Positions 1 to 36,668 of a stretch of 64,000 nt of DNA are shown piece by piece. This DNA comes from Macrostomum lignano (taxonomy: Eukaryota), in NCBI GenBank assembly GCA_002269645.1, contig NIVC01000889.1, positions 62,001 through 126,000 on the forward strand. Reading direction: 5' to 3'. The translations under genes and the position numbers were made by a program. A model generated the notes under the pieces. It was not told the origin of the DNA. It ran no database searches and was given only the letters and a program-made list of their open reading frames with translations. The number at the start of each line of letters is the position of its first letter. The stretch's first letter is position 1.

Positions 1-52
1 ATGGGATATGGAATGGGATATGGGATGAAATATGGGATGGGATATGGGATGC
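1..52. repeat. End of a degenerate ATGGGAT-type tandem repeat running off the window edge
   Basis: atgggatatg gaatgggata tgggatgaaa tatgggatgg gatatgggat. Confidence 0.7.
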
Positions 53-469
53 GATATAGAATTCTTAGTTAGAACAGATCCAGTTACATGTAAGCTGGTG
101 GTGTCGGTGCCAATTCGGCAGCTCGAGCCGCATGTATTTGCCATTGGGTCAGAGACTTCCCCCTTGCAGTTAATTATTATTTCAGAATCAAAGTTCAGCA
201 GCTGTCGCACCTAAGTCCCTCGAGACTAATTCTAGGACTATTGTAACAAGTTAATGGACAAGCTGAGCAGAGTCAAAGTAAAAACCACGTCCTCAATGAC
301 TGACAACTGACTTACTTCACCTCACGGCAGGATTTCATGACTTTAAGATCGCATTGGGAGGTGGCCATTGTGCTGTGATCCGAAATTGACTCCCAGTAAG
401 CACCCAAGCTGCAGGGTTTATAGAAACACTGGGTTGCCACTGCATTTGCAGACCTATTTTTAACCAAAC

Positions 470-491
470 GAGAGAGAGAGAGAGAGAGAGG
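470..491. repeat. (GA)n microsatellite
   Basis: About 11 perfect GA units. Confidence 0.9.
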
Positions 492-1184
492 CTAAACGCT
501 CAAGTTATGATTTATGAGTCTGTCTCCAGACACCATTAATATCAGTGATTTGCACCAGTGCTATTCTATATTATATAATGCAGTAATCCAGCACCAAGCA
601 CAATAAAAATTCTTAGTTTTACTGCTCATCCCAACTTTGCACCAGCGATGCTTTTATTGTTTATAGTTTGGATACCGGCTGGCCGGGTTATACAGGAACT
701 GTGGCCATTGGGCTGGCGATATCAGGAATCAGTGGCGCAATGTTGACATTGCAATCTGGGCAGCAGACAGCAGTACCAAAATCTCGTATTTGGCCTGTTT
801 AAGTTTAGCCTGATAGTCCTTATCAGAGTCTGCTTTTACAACCCGCCCCGAGCTTTGCATTGAATGGCATTTTTAAACATTTCCAGCTGCTTTGTGTAAA
901 AGCGAGTTTCTGGATTCGATAACAGAACACAAGCCCCATCTGGATTGCATGGCGGTGCCAGCTAGAAGACACAAGCCCCATCTGGTCTCCATGATGATGC
1001 CAGCTAGAAGACACAAGGCTACTCTGTTCAGAATTAACTAAACAACTCAATCAAAAGTGATTCCAGAGTGAGAGGTTGCATGTATAAAGAAATATTCAAG
1101 CGGCATTAAATAAAAACTCAAGCAGATAGCAAACTGGCTGATAAACTCGTAAAAAAACAATCCACCAGCGAGTTGCCAAGCCAG

Positions 1185-2536
1185 TCAGGTGTCAATGTTC
1201 ACCGTTGGCAGGCTGATTTCTGCATCGCTCGGCTCGGCAGCCTTTGACGCCGCCAGAATCCGACGAGATTCGGCCTGCAGTTCGGCGATGATTTGAAGTC
1301 GCTTTGGCAGCAGCCGCGGCTCTGCGGATGCCTGCGGCGACTTGGTCGCGAGATCGTCGTCTCGGTGCATCGGAGCGTCGTCTGGATGGGCGTGAGGCCA
1401 CGGCATCCGCATGGTGTGCAGCACGGACAGCAGCTCGGGATCCCGGATCAGATCCGACTGGGCGTACAGCGGCGTCGGACTGACCCGACTCAGCCTGCTG
1501 AGGGACTCCAGCGGCACGGTTGACTCCACGAGCGTCACTTCGTCCTGGTCCTCGTCCGAGCCGCTGTCCGAGCCAACGATTGTTGGCGGAGTTGCCCAGG
1601 CGTTGTCCGACCTCGGCGAGGTGGAACACACATCAGCGCTGACAACAACGGCAGTTGTTGACAGAGTGGACTCACTGTGCGGCTCCTGGCGCTCTTGAAG
1701 CTCCTGATGAGCAGCAGGAGGCGGCGACTGGGAATCCTGTGGGGACAGGCGAGGTCTCAGACGAGTTGGTGGATGGCGACCAACTGGCAGAATGCTGCAG
1801 TCTGGCTGCCACTGCCGCACGGACGCCGGCCGTTTGCCAGCAACGGCGGTGCTCGCTACAGGCCGAGGTGGAGCTCGATTGGTTCTCGTCTTAGGAGACT
1901 CGGGAGGCGATATGGAGTCTTCCGGACAGGAGGTGGCCGCACTGACGGCATCAATTTCGGTGGAGTCTGGAGAGCGTTTCGCTGGAGGATTGCACTCGGA
2001 CGATAGGAAGGTGTCCTCCGGAGCTGGCAGCAGGGACAGCACGGCGAACACGGGGTCGAGGCTTTCGCAGCCGATGGCTGTCAAGTCCACCTTCGGGCGC
2101 TCTGCCGTGGCCTCGGCCGATCGAGGTTGAGTCAGACTGCTCTTCGGCACTTTGCCGTCTTTTGGTGTCGCATTTCTTGCGGCTTCGACATCTTGGCCAG
2201 CTGCCTTATTTTGAATGCTTGCACCCTGATTTTCTGACTGGCTCCCCTTGCTCAGTGCTGTCTGCTGCTTCTCTGGCTTGCTTTCGAAGTTCCACAGAGT
2301 GTCTGACTCTGACGGGCCGCCACGAGGCCGCTGCTGCTTGGCGTTGATCGGACAGATAACCGGAGGTGACGACGATATCGACGGAGATGGTCTCGGATAC
2401 AGCAGCAGCATCGAGCTGTCATCGTCTGAAGCGGCTGGCCGCGAACGCGCCTGACTCGTCAAGCAGCTGTCACCATGCACCGCAGCCGCTGCCGCCGCCA
2501 CCACCGCCGCCTCAGTCGCCAGCTTGCATTCGGAAG

Positions 2537-2570
<34 letters not shown>

Positions 2571-2729
2571 CTGTTGAGGCAGCGAGCCGCTGAAACTGGA
2601 CGAAATGAAGTCGGAGTCGGTCTCAGCCGAGGTGCGGCGGCGTCGAGCGCCATCTTCAGTGAGACTCGACACGTTGGCCGTCCGCAATGACGAGTCCGTC
2701 ACCGTAGCTGCCTGGGCCGCTGGCTTCAT
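1185..2729 (-). CDS. Intronless 514-aa Ser/Pro/Ala/Gln-rich, probably disordered protein of unknown function
   Basis: ATG-to-TGA ORF with an in-frame stop just upstream of the ATG, exon-like GC content and a poly-Q tract; no recognisable domain. Confidence 0.6.
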
Positions 2730-3202
2730 TGCTCACCATCTGCCCAACGTGCGGTTGTTTTGATCATTCCATGCGCAGGGGCTTCAGTAGGTGGATCCAA
2801 ATTCAATGTTCTACGAGATGCATCTGTCTGAGCTCGACTCATGTTTACCATAGACTTAAAGATTTCAGAAAACCTTAGATTAGCTCTCGTTGGCACCAAC
2901 AGAACGAGCAGAGCAATCCAGGGTAAAAGAGCATGCTTTGTTTCAGATTGCACTTTAAAAGGCAGACAGCAGACTACTAAAATGATAATTCAAAGACAAA
3001 CACCGTCAAAGAAAATTTTGACACAAAAAATAGCAAAAACCAAGAGTCATAAGCCACTTTATTGTACAGAAAGCAGCATTCGCCGAATGCGCTCGCATTT
3101 TTGGTCTATTGATTGAACTTAATTTCAGATTCACTGTCAACTCGAAACAAATTCTGCTTCTTAGCAACTGAACAGAAAAAGGAAAAGCAGCCGGGATCGT
3201 TT

Positions 3203-5626
3203 TCAGGCGGCTTCCTGCGCTGTTTCCGCTGCATCATCCTCTTCTTCTTCTTCTTCTTCCGTTGCTTCTTCAAACTCGACCTCCTGGATGACGGCCTCGG
3301 AAAGAGTCGCCGATGCGGCGCTTCGGCTGGCGTCGTCATCTTCCAGGCCGTCGCTGTCGACGTGTCGACGCCCCCGGCGACGATGACTTTGCTGGCGTCG
3401 CTCATCGCCGTGCAGGCTGCATTCAGCCGACGCAGTCGCTGCCGACGAGTTTGCCGAGTTCTTTAACGAAGTCGCAGTTGAGCCCTGCTGCTGTCGCCGA
3501 TGCCGCTGTTGCTGCTGGCGCAGTTTCTTTCTCTGGTTGAAGGCCGTCTCCAGCAGCTCGAATAGTTCGAGAGCTTTCTCCGATATTTGCACGTGCATCG
3601 GACAGGACGACTCCAGGGAAGCTTGCTGCTTTTGCTGAACACGAGTCTGCTGCACGCTTTGCTCGGTTGCTGTCTTTGAATTCTCCGCAACTGCGGCAGT
3701 CGCTGCTGTTTCCCTCTTCTTGGCAAAGAATTTGCACACAGCAGCCACTGCTTCCGCTTTGATGCGCGCCAGTCTCTGTCTTTCCTCGCCTCGCTGCTGC
3801 TCCTGATCCTGCGACTCCACCGACTGACAGAAAGCGTCTTCCAGCATCTCCGAGGTGACGCTCTCGACTGTTGACTGCTGGCTTGTTGGCTCATCGTCCG
3901 CGACATCCACTGTCTGGCTGGCTGAATCGGCTGACAGGGTCTCTTCCTCTTCGACTTCCTCTTCGACTATTTCCTCGATCACTTCGACCTCCTCCGACGC
4001 TTGCTGCGATGGATTCTCTGTGTCGGATGAGGACCCGGCGGCCTGCAGCTGCTCGCTCTGTTCGGCAACTGTGCTGCTGGGGTCATCCGTCTCTCTGACT
4101 GGCTCTTTGACGTCACCAGGCTGCTGATGCTGTGAACTCCCGGACGGCGGCGAATCCTTGATTGCAACCAACGGTGGCGCCAGCTTCTCTCCCAAGCCGT
4201 CAACCGGAGCCGCGGCGGCTGTGTTGGCAAAGTGCTCAAAGTCCGTGCACTCGCCTTTCGCCTGACGCGCCGCCAGTCGACGAGCCGCGGCCACCATCGG
4301 CTCCGCCGAATCGCTCGATGCCGCATCGAATGTCTCAGTCTCTGATGAGTTGATCAAGGCCACGTGAGCGTTCGATGTTGTTATCGCAGGCTCCGGAGCC
4401 TCGGGCGCTTTGTTGGGGACCTGGGGAAGCTTAGCCTTGGTGGCCTGGCCTTTAGCTTCATTCTTGACCGGAACGGCAGACTGGTTTTTAGCCACATTTT
4501 TTGCTCCACTTTTAGCCGCTTTTTTGTCCGCATTTTTCACCGTGGGGGCCGCTTTTGCGTTTTGGGCATTCTTTCCGCCATTCAAATTCTTTGCTGGCGT
4601 TGCCGCTTTCGCTTTGGAATCTTTTGCTGATTTCTTTGCGTCCTTCGCCGCCGCTGCAGACTTCTCAGGATCGGTGGCTTTTTCTGCACTTTTGGCTCCA
4701 GAATCCTGAGTCGGAGCTGCATCCTCCTCGCTGACAGGTTTTGCAGCAGCTTCAGCCTCCTTTAATTCTTCATCTGTATTGTCAGGCTTGGGATCGGTAG
4801 GCTCTGTAGCAGCGTCTTTCGGTGCGCCGGCTGTGTCGTCTTTTTGCTCCGGCTCTGACGGTTTCGGCTCTGCAGCCTCTGCAGCGTCTGCCGGAGCGCT
4901 AGGGGCTGCTTTCGCATCGGTGGCCGCCTCCTTCACCGCTTTTGCTTGCTTCTTTCCGTCTTTGTTACCAGCAGGTGCTGCAGCACTCTTTTTTGCATTT
5001 TTTTGGTTTTTTCCAGCATCCTTTATTGCCTTTTTGCCTTGTAAATTGCTTTTAGAAGGATTCTCTCCGGCTTTCTTGTCAGACTTGGTTGCTTTGGCGT
5101 CCTTTTGAGCTGCTGCTGGCTCCTTGCTGGCTGCGCAGGCCTCTGCATCGGCAGCCTCTTCTACGACCTTCTTCAGCCCGGCATCAGGAACTGACTGCTC
5201 AACAGTGGCAGCCTTGGCGTCTTCAAGTTTGGTGCCAGGCTCTGCCGTTTCCGCAGCGACCGTTGCTACGCCCATTCCCTTAGCTGCTGGCGGAGGCTGC
5301 GGCGGTGACGCTAAAGCCTCTTTAGCATCATTAGTGTCTGAAGTCTTGACCAAGCTATCCTTGGAGTCAGCGCCTTTTTCGGGAGGAATCGCAGCCGTTT
5401 TCTTTGCCGCGGTCGCCTTCACCGGCACCTTCTTGGCGGGCGCCTGTTTCTTCCCGGCGGCCGCATTGTTGCTGACAGGCACCTCCGACACGAAGCTGCT
5501 GTTGTTGCCGTGCGACCCGGGCTCCGGCGACAAGAAGCGCATGCAGGCCGGCACGCCGCTCTCCTCGATGACAGTCAGCAGAGGCGACTGGCTGAGGATC
5601 TCCGTGTACACCAGCTTTGGTCGCAT
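3203..5626 (-). CDS. Intronless 807-aa Ala/Lys/Glu-rich low-complexity protein of unknown function
   Basis: Long ATG-to-TGA ORF; acceptor-like ctaatcag about 30 nt upstream of the ATG; minus-strand AATAAA at 3058-3063; AAK/KKA-rich middle and acidic C-terminus. Confidence 0.7.
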   Translation of the reverse strand: MRPKLVYTEILSQSPLLTVIEESGVPACMRFLSPEPGSHGNNSSFVSEVPVSNNAAAGKKQAPAKKVPVKATAAKKTAAIPPEKGADSKDSLVKTSDTNDAKEALASPPQPPPAAKGMGVATVAAETAEPGTKLEDAKAATVEQSVPDAGLKKVVEEAADAEACAASKEPAAAQKDAKATKSDKKAGENPSKSNLQGKKAIKDAGKNQKNAKKSAAAPAGNKDGKKQAKAVKEAATDAKAAPSAPADAAEAAEPKPSEPEQKDDTAGAPKDAATEPTDPKPDNTDEELKEAEAAAKPVSEEDAAPTQDSGAKSAEKATDPEKSAAAAKDAKKSAKDSKAKAATPAKNLNGGKNAQNAKAAPTVKNADKKAAKSGAKNVAKNQSAVPVKNEAKGQATKAKLPQVPNKAPEAPEPAITTSNAHVALINSSETETFDAASSDSAEPMVAAARRLAARQAKGECTDFEHFANTAAAAPVDGLGEKLAPPLVAIKDSPPSGSSQHQQPGDVKEPVRETDDPSSTVAEQSEQLQAAGSSSDTENPSQQASEEVEVIEEIVEEEVEEEETLSADSASQTVDVADDEPTSQQSTVESVTSEMLEDAFCQSVESQDQEQQRGEERQRLARIKAEAVAAVCKFFAKKRETAATAAVAENSKTATEQSVQQTRVQQKQQASLESSCPMHVQISEKALELFELLETAFNQRKKLRQQQQRHRRQQQGSTATSLKNSANSSAATASAECSLHGDERRQQSHRRRGRRHVDSDGLEDDDASRSAASATLSEAVIQEVEFEEATEEEEEEEDDAAETAQEAA

Positions 5627-6015
5627 GGCCTCTTTTTTAGGTGCTCAGGTTTTGCTCTGATTAGTAGGTGATGGGTCCAGCTGAGACAAAATCGAATGCA
5701 TAAAGAACTTTCAAGGTGTCCCGCAGTTCACTCTTGGCCATAGAGTTCTATGCAACTCTGGCGGCAGTAAATGGTTTTCATGAGATCACCATACCTTATT
5801 CTCTTCCTGCGCTTCAAATCTAGACTGGACTCTATTTCAAGATATCGTACCACTGTCGACATGATACGGTCTTTGCAATTTAGATTAATATAATTGAAAA
5901 AAACAAGCAAGACGGATATTGATTGAATTAAAATGAAACTTTTGATAGTTTTTTGTCATCATTGTTTTAGGAAATGATAAAGAGAAACTAGATTAAGATT
6001 TCTGATATTTTCAGT

Positions 6016-6720
6016 CTACTTGTCCATCGGCTTGAACAGTTTTATCGGCTCCTCGTAGACGCCCTCGTCGTCGGAAATTCCTTGCGGCTGCGGCGGCGGA
6101 AGCGGCTGCGTCGGCTGATTCGAAGGAGGCGGAGGAGGCGGCGGCGACTGCGGAGGCGGAGGAGGCGGCGTCACCGGAGGCGGCGGCTGTGACGGTCTCT
6201 GCACTGATGATCTCTGCTGCTGCTGCTTCCCAGACTTTGACTGCTGAGCTCCGGTCGTAGGTTTGTTCAGGCCGAAAAGCTCGGCTTCCATTTCGGCCAC
6301 CGAACGGGCGGGAGCTTTCGGCTTGTCAAAAAATTTTTGCGTCGGCTGCGGCTGCTTTGACTGCTTTTTGCCGGCAGCCGCGGCCGCTTTCTTGCTGGTC
6401 GGCAGCGGCAGGTGGTTGTCGGCTTCGAAGCGCAGGATGTCCGCGTGCAACAGGCGCGATTTCAGCTGCAGATGATGAAGCACCTTCTGGCCAGGCAGCA
6501 TCTCTGCATTGTGAGTTTTGGAATTTGCATAGGTCTGCGAGTATTCGTCAGAGGGCAGCGCGGGCAGCGGGCGCTGCGGCGTCGGCGGCTTTTGCTGCTG
6601 CTGCGCACTGATGCGGCCAGTCGGTCGGGCCAGATTGACCGGGGAATTGTTGTTAGCGGACTTCTTTCCATTGGCGTCGGTGGCCGACTGTGAAGTGGCC
6701 GACTGCCTTGTCTTCTGCGT

Positions 6721-6755
<35 letters not shown>

Positions 6756-7959
6756 GTTGCTGTTGCTCTTGCTTCTGCTGCTGTTGCTGTTGTTGTTGTT
6801 GTTGCGGTGGCTGCTGCGGCGTCTTCTGCGCCGACTGCTGCTTATCAGGGGCTACAAGTGGCACGTTAAACCTGCCACCCTTCTTGGCCGTATCTTTCTT
6901 GAGCGCTGAAGTTGGCAGCGACGTCGCTCCTCGTCTGAACGGAGGCGCGTTCTGATTGACTGGCTCGCTGCCACTTGCGCCGCTCGACTTCTGCTGCTGC
7001 AAGGTTGAACTCGGCATGGTCTGCTCCTGCTGCTGCTGCTCCGGCTGCGGCTCCAGCAGCTGAGCTGGCGCGCTTTCCATGAGCCGGCCGCTCTTCTTGG
7101 GCCGCTGCTGGTTGTGCGGCGGCTCCTTACCTGGCGGTAGAAGATTGGAAGTGGCCAGCATGCGAAACGGGGTCGCATTGTAGCTGGTTGGAGTCTGACT
7201 GCCGGTGGCAACGGAGCTGCTGCCGCTGCTGCCAATCACTCTCGGAGGAGACTCCATCGTGTTTGAGTTGTCCTCCTTTTGTTTTTTTAACTTTTTGCTT
7301 TCCTGACGCTGAGTGGAAGTTTCTGCACTGCTTCGCTTGTCTCTTGGTGGCTGCTGCGTATTGTTTGCAGAGTCCAGCTGCTTCATTTGGCCGAGATCGG
7401 GAACAGCAGGAGCAGCAGTTTCGCCAGAATCCCGATTGTCAGTTGTAGTTTTTCTGCTGCTTCTGCTCTCCTGACGCTGGGTCGAAGTCCCCGCACTCTT
7501 TGCTGACGGGGCATTGGTGTCGGGGTCGGACTTGCCTGCCCGCTGCTGGGTGTTGTTTGCGGAGCTCGGTCTGTCAGGGTCGGACTTGCCTGTCCGCTGC
7601 TGGGTGTCGTTTGCGGAGCTCGGTCTGTCAGGGTCGGACTTGCCTGTCCGCTGCTGGGTGTTGTTTGCGGAGCTCGGTCTGTCAGGGTCAGACTTGCCTG
7701 TCCGCTGCTGGGTGTTGTTTGCGGAGCTCGGTCTGTCAGGGTCGGACTTGCCTGTCCGCTGCTGGGTGTTGTTTGCGGAGCTCGGCTGTCGGCCATGATG
7801 ACCGGGCTTGGGCACTGCAGCAACTACTGTCTGGACAGAATCCGTTCTGCTGCTGCTTTGCACGGCAGTTTCGCCTCCCTTTGTTTTTCTCATCGTTGAT
7901 GCTTCGGTGCTCTCCAGTTTCGAGCTCTCATTGCCGTTGTTGGCAGGTTTTGGTGACAT
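6016..7959 (-). CDS. Intronless 647-aa Gln/Pro/Ser-rich protein with five 18-aa repeats, poly-Q and a C-terminal poly-Pro
   Basis: Long ATG-to-stop ORF; acceptor-like cattag 22 nt upstream of the ATG; in-frame 54-bp repeats. Confidence 0.7.
7523..7791 (-). repeat. 54-bp in-frame coding minisatellite, 5 copies (SSANNTQQRTGKSDPDRP)
   Basis: Near-identical 54-bp units inside ORF 6016-7959. Confidence 0.9.
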
Positions 7960-8531
7960 TGCTGCTTGCTTTGGTCAAAGTCTAATGTGCTTTATCTACA
8001 TGCAACAAAGCAGTGTCTATTTGTTTTAGAATTTCTGACAGCTATGCCTGCCTGTCTGTCTGCCAGCCGCACAAGTGAAAATCGCTCCCTGCATGCTGCT
8101 TGCCCCCCACCCTGCCAACCAAGTCCGCAAATTCTGAACGCGACGATTTTCAAAGTCTATGGCTTTCGTTTTGCACTTTTAAAAATCCTTTAAGGCAGAA
8201 TCTTGTCTAGTCGGAAAGCAACGCAGGAATTTATTTAAAAAAGTACATCATGATATACGAGACGCTGGAATTGATTTAAAAATGACGTAAAATATGCACC
8301 AAGGTTGAGTAATCTGATGAGGTACGTCAAATTACAGCGACTGTTCGTCAAGAGTTCACTTAGAAAAATAGTTTTTGGGCTTAATTTCTGAACTTCACTG
8401 ACAACAGTTCAAGTACTGAGTAAGTAGTGTTAAAGGACGTACTTCGAACCTGAAAAATTCAAGATCAACAATCACCATGATTTTGGGCGTTCTGGAGGGG
8501 GGTCATTGACAGTTCAAACAGCTGGACAGCG

Positions 8532-34298
<25,767 letters not shown>

Positions 34299-34309
34299 CT
34301 GGGAAGCGA

Positions 34310-34450
34310 TGAAATGATTCTTATGAGGTGCAGGGCGATTCTCATGAGATGATGTGCGATTCTCCTCAAGTGATGTGAGATTCTCATGAGGTGCAGTACG
34401 ATTCTCATGAGGTGATATGAGACGCTCGTGAGTTCATGTGTGATTCTCAT
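34310..34450. repeat. Degenerate attctcatgag-type repeat just upstream of the otoferlin start exon
   Basis: About 6 imperfect units. Confidence 0.6.
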
Positions 34451-34944
34451 GGTGAAGGAGCAATTCACGTGAAATGATACAGGTAGTAATAACCACAGAC
34501 TAATTTAGAATTTTAAAAATCAAAAACACATCTTTCTGCAGAGCAATATTTTAAGAATCAAGAGTCCCTCAGTCAAGCGCCTTTTTGATTTCTTTTTTGA
34601 AGTAACTTTTTGTTTCACGCTTTTGAATTTCGACTGTGGGCGTTAAACTCCTGCTTTTCGCTGCACAGCTACATCTAGGAGCTACTGATTCCTAAGTTTT
34701 GAATGTCCTTCACCTTCTCTCTAATTGCTCTTCTGTCTCTTCCCTTTCGCTTGTGCACTATAGTATTCTCTCTGTGATCTTTAGCCTCTCTGCCTCTCCC
34801 TCTTCCTCGCTCTCCCTCTCCCCATCTCTCTCTGTCTCTCTCACTCATCTCTTACACCTCTCACTCCCTCTCACTCCCTCTCACTCATCTCTCACTCCCT
34901 CCCGATCGACAGCCGCAAATATACAAAAACTATAGTAATCTTAA

Positions 34945-35153
34945 GCATGTAATGGTGGACTCAGCACGCCTGTGTAGCATGAGACAGACCAGCCTACGAG
35001 TCAAGGTCTCAATCCAACACACCTGCATCCCCTCAATTCTGGTGCAGGAATGGCAGGAGAACTCTCCAAGTTGACTCACAAGCCGACCCAGGGGTTCACG
35101 TCCCGCATGTGTTCAAGGCAGCTCTAGGGCTGCTGGACTGACTGGGCTCCGGC
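34945..35153 (+). ncRNA. Predicted HDV-like self-cleaving ribozyme (copy B)
   Basis: P1 GCATGT 34945-50 / GCATGT 35105-10 (G.U at position 1); P2 CCCAG 35087-91 / CTGGG 35142-46; P3 GGG/CCC around L3 TTCACGT; GT; P4 hairpin; J4/2 CTGA 35138-41; manual fold only. Confidence 0.75.
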
Positions 35154-36668
35154 GGTGCAACCCATCCGTGGCTTTGGCTTCTGTCTTTGTGCCGCTTTGG
35201 GTACGGGCTTCACCCGGAAGTGAACCTGTGAAGTGAATCAGGTACCTCTGGCCACGGCTCGAAGGAACAGGTATCACCCTCTGACCTTAACAGGGTATGC
35301 GGCCAGTCCGCATGCTCCGGGGACAGCCTTTTGTCCCCTTAAGGGCCCAGCGTAGTACCGAGCTGATGGCCCTTTGGCTCTTAGCCGGTGAGTTTCTCGG
35401 TTGCTAGCGGTCGGGCCGGTAAAGGCCTAAGCCACCCCGGTCGCCATCTTTTGGCTGGCTGTTGGCTGTTACGGCCCAGCAGCTTCTCACCTCCAGTCCC
35501 CAATCGACTTTCAGCGACTCATTGAGTATTCATTTACCTCCGACGCGTCCGAGGCCAACCGAGATTGGTACCGCGGCCCAGCCGGACATTCGCAACACCG
35601 GAACCAGTGACTCTCGTCAGCCCCTGCCGCCGCTCAGAACACTGCCGAAGTGGCTGGACAAAAGGTCGGCGGACCTCAGACCTCTACGGCGAAAGGACGG
35701 CGGACAACTGGAAACCCCGTGAAATCCACTGCTTCACTGACGAGTCCCAAATCAACTCCGCCTCTGGCTACGGCTACTGCATCGTGTCTGGAGGGAGAAC
35801 CGTGGTGACCTTCAGCACACCGGCACCTGCTCCACCGTCTTCTAGAACGAAGTTCTCGCCATCAGCTCCTGCGCCATGGAGCTGTACAATCAGCGCGTCT
35901 GGGGGAAGGAGATTACCCTCCATTCGGACAGTCAAGCGGCGATCCGCGCCCTTGAGCGCACCACCACCTGCTCGCGTACAGTTCTCGACTGCCTCGGGCA
36001 GCTCAACCGCTTAGGCGCCTCTAACAAGGATCCCCGGGCATTCGGGCCACCCCAGCAACGAGCTGGCCAAGGCTGGCTCGACCGGTTTTTTTACTGATCC
36101 CCTGCCCGTGGCCCCCAACCCCACCGCCGTTGTCACCACTCGAACCAACCAGTGGGTGGCTTCAAAGGGAGAGGTGGGCTAAAGCCCCGACTGCCGGCAA
36201 TCCCGCGACGCTGTCTCCTGTCCTTCCTCTGCTTGGACTCAACCGCAGGGACATCAGGGCTGTGACCATCGCCCTCTCAGGTCACGGCTGTTTTGCCAGG
36301 CATCGTCACCTCCAAGGAAAAATCCGTAGTTAGGAATGCTCTTCTGCCTCTCCGGTGTCGAGAATCCAGAGCACTTCATCTGTGAATGCCCCGCCTTTAC
36401 TCAGGACAGGCTCACATACCTCGGCCCAAACCCGGACCTATCCGACGTTTTCAGGCCCGAGAGTCTTTGCCAGCACGTCCGCTTCCTAAGGGCTACTGGG
36501 CGAGCGACCATCCACCTCCAGGACTCTCCGGAGGGGGGCCGCGCTGCGGACACCGCAGCACCGGCTGCCCGTGGTCGCCAGGGGTTAGTGAAATGGGAGG
36601 CAACGCCTCCTCGCTGCATCCAGATGCACGGAGCCCCTGCAGCTAAGTCAAGTCAAGTAAGTCATTGC
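34945..36668 (+). mobile_element. Internally deleted, decayed non-LTR retrotransposon (5' UTR + RNase H + Zn finger + 3' end) related to the element at 54940-60696
   Basis: 5' UTR aligns with 60420-60696; frameshifted remnants [34 protein letters not shown]; 3' end cctgcagctaagtcaagtcaagtaagtca; imperfect TSD aatcttaa / aatctttaa. Confidence 0.88.

Noticed and set aside
4364-5660. Plus-strand ORFs opposite the 807-aa ORF, and similar shadows over other exons
   Set aside because: Antisense shadows of GC-rich, codon-biased coding sequence.
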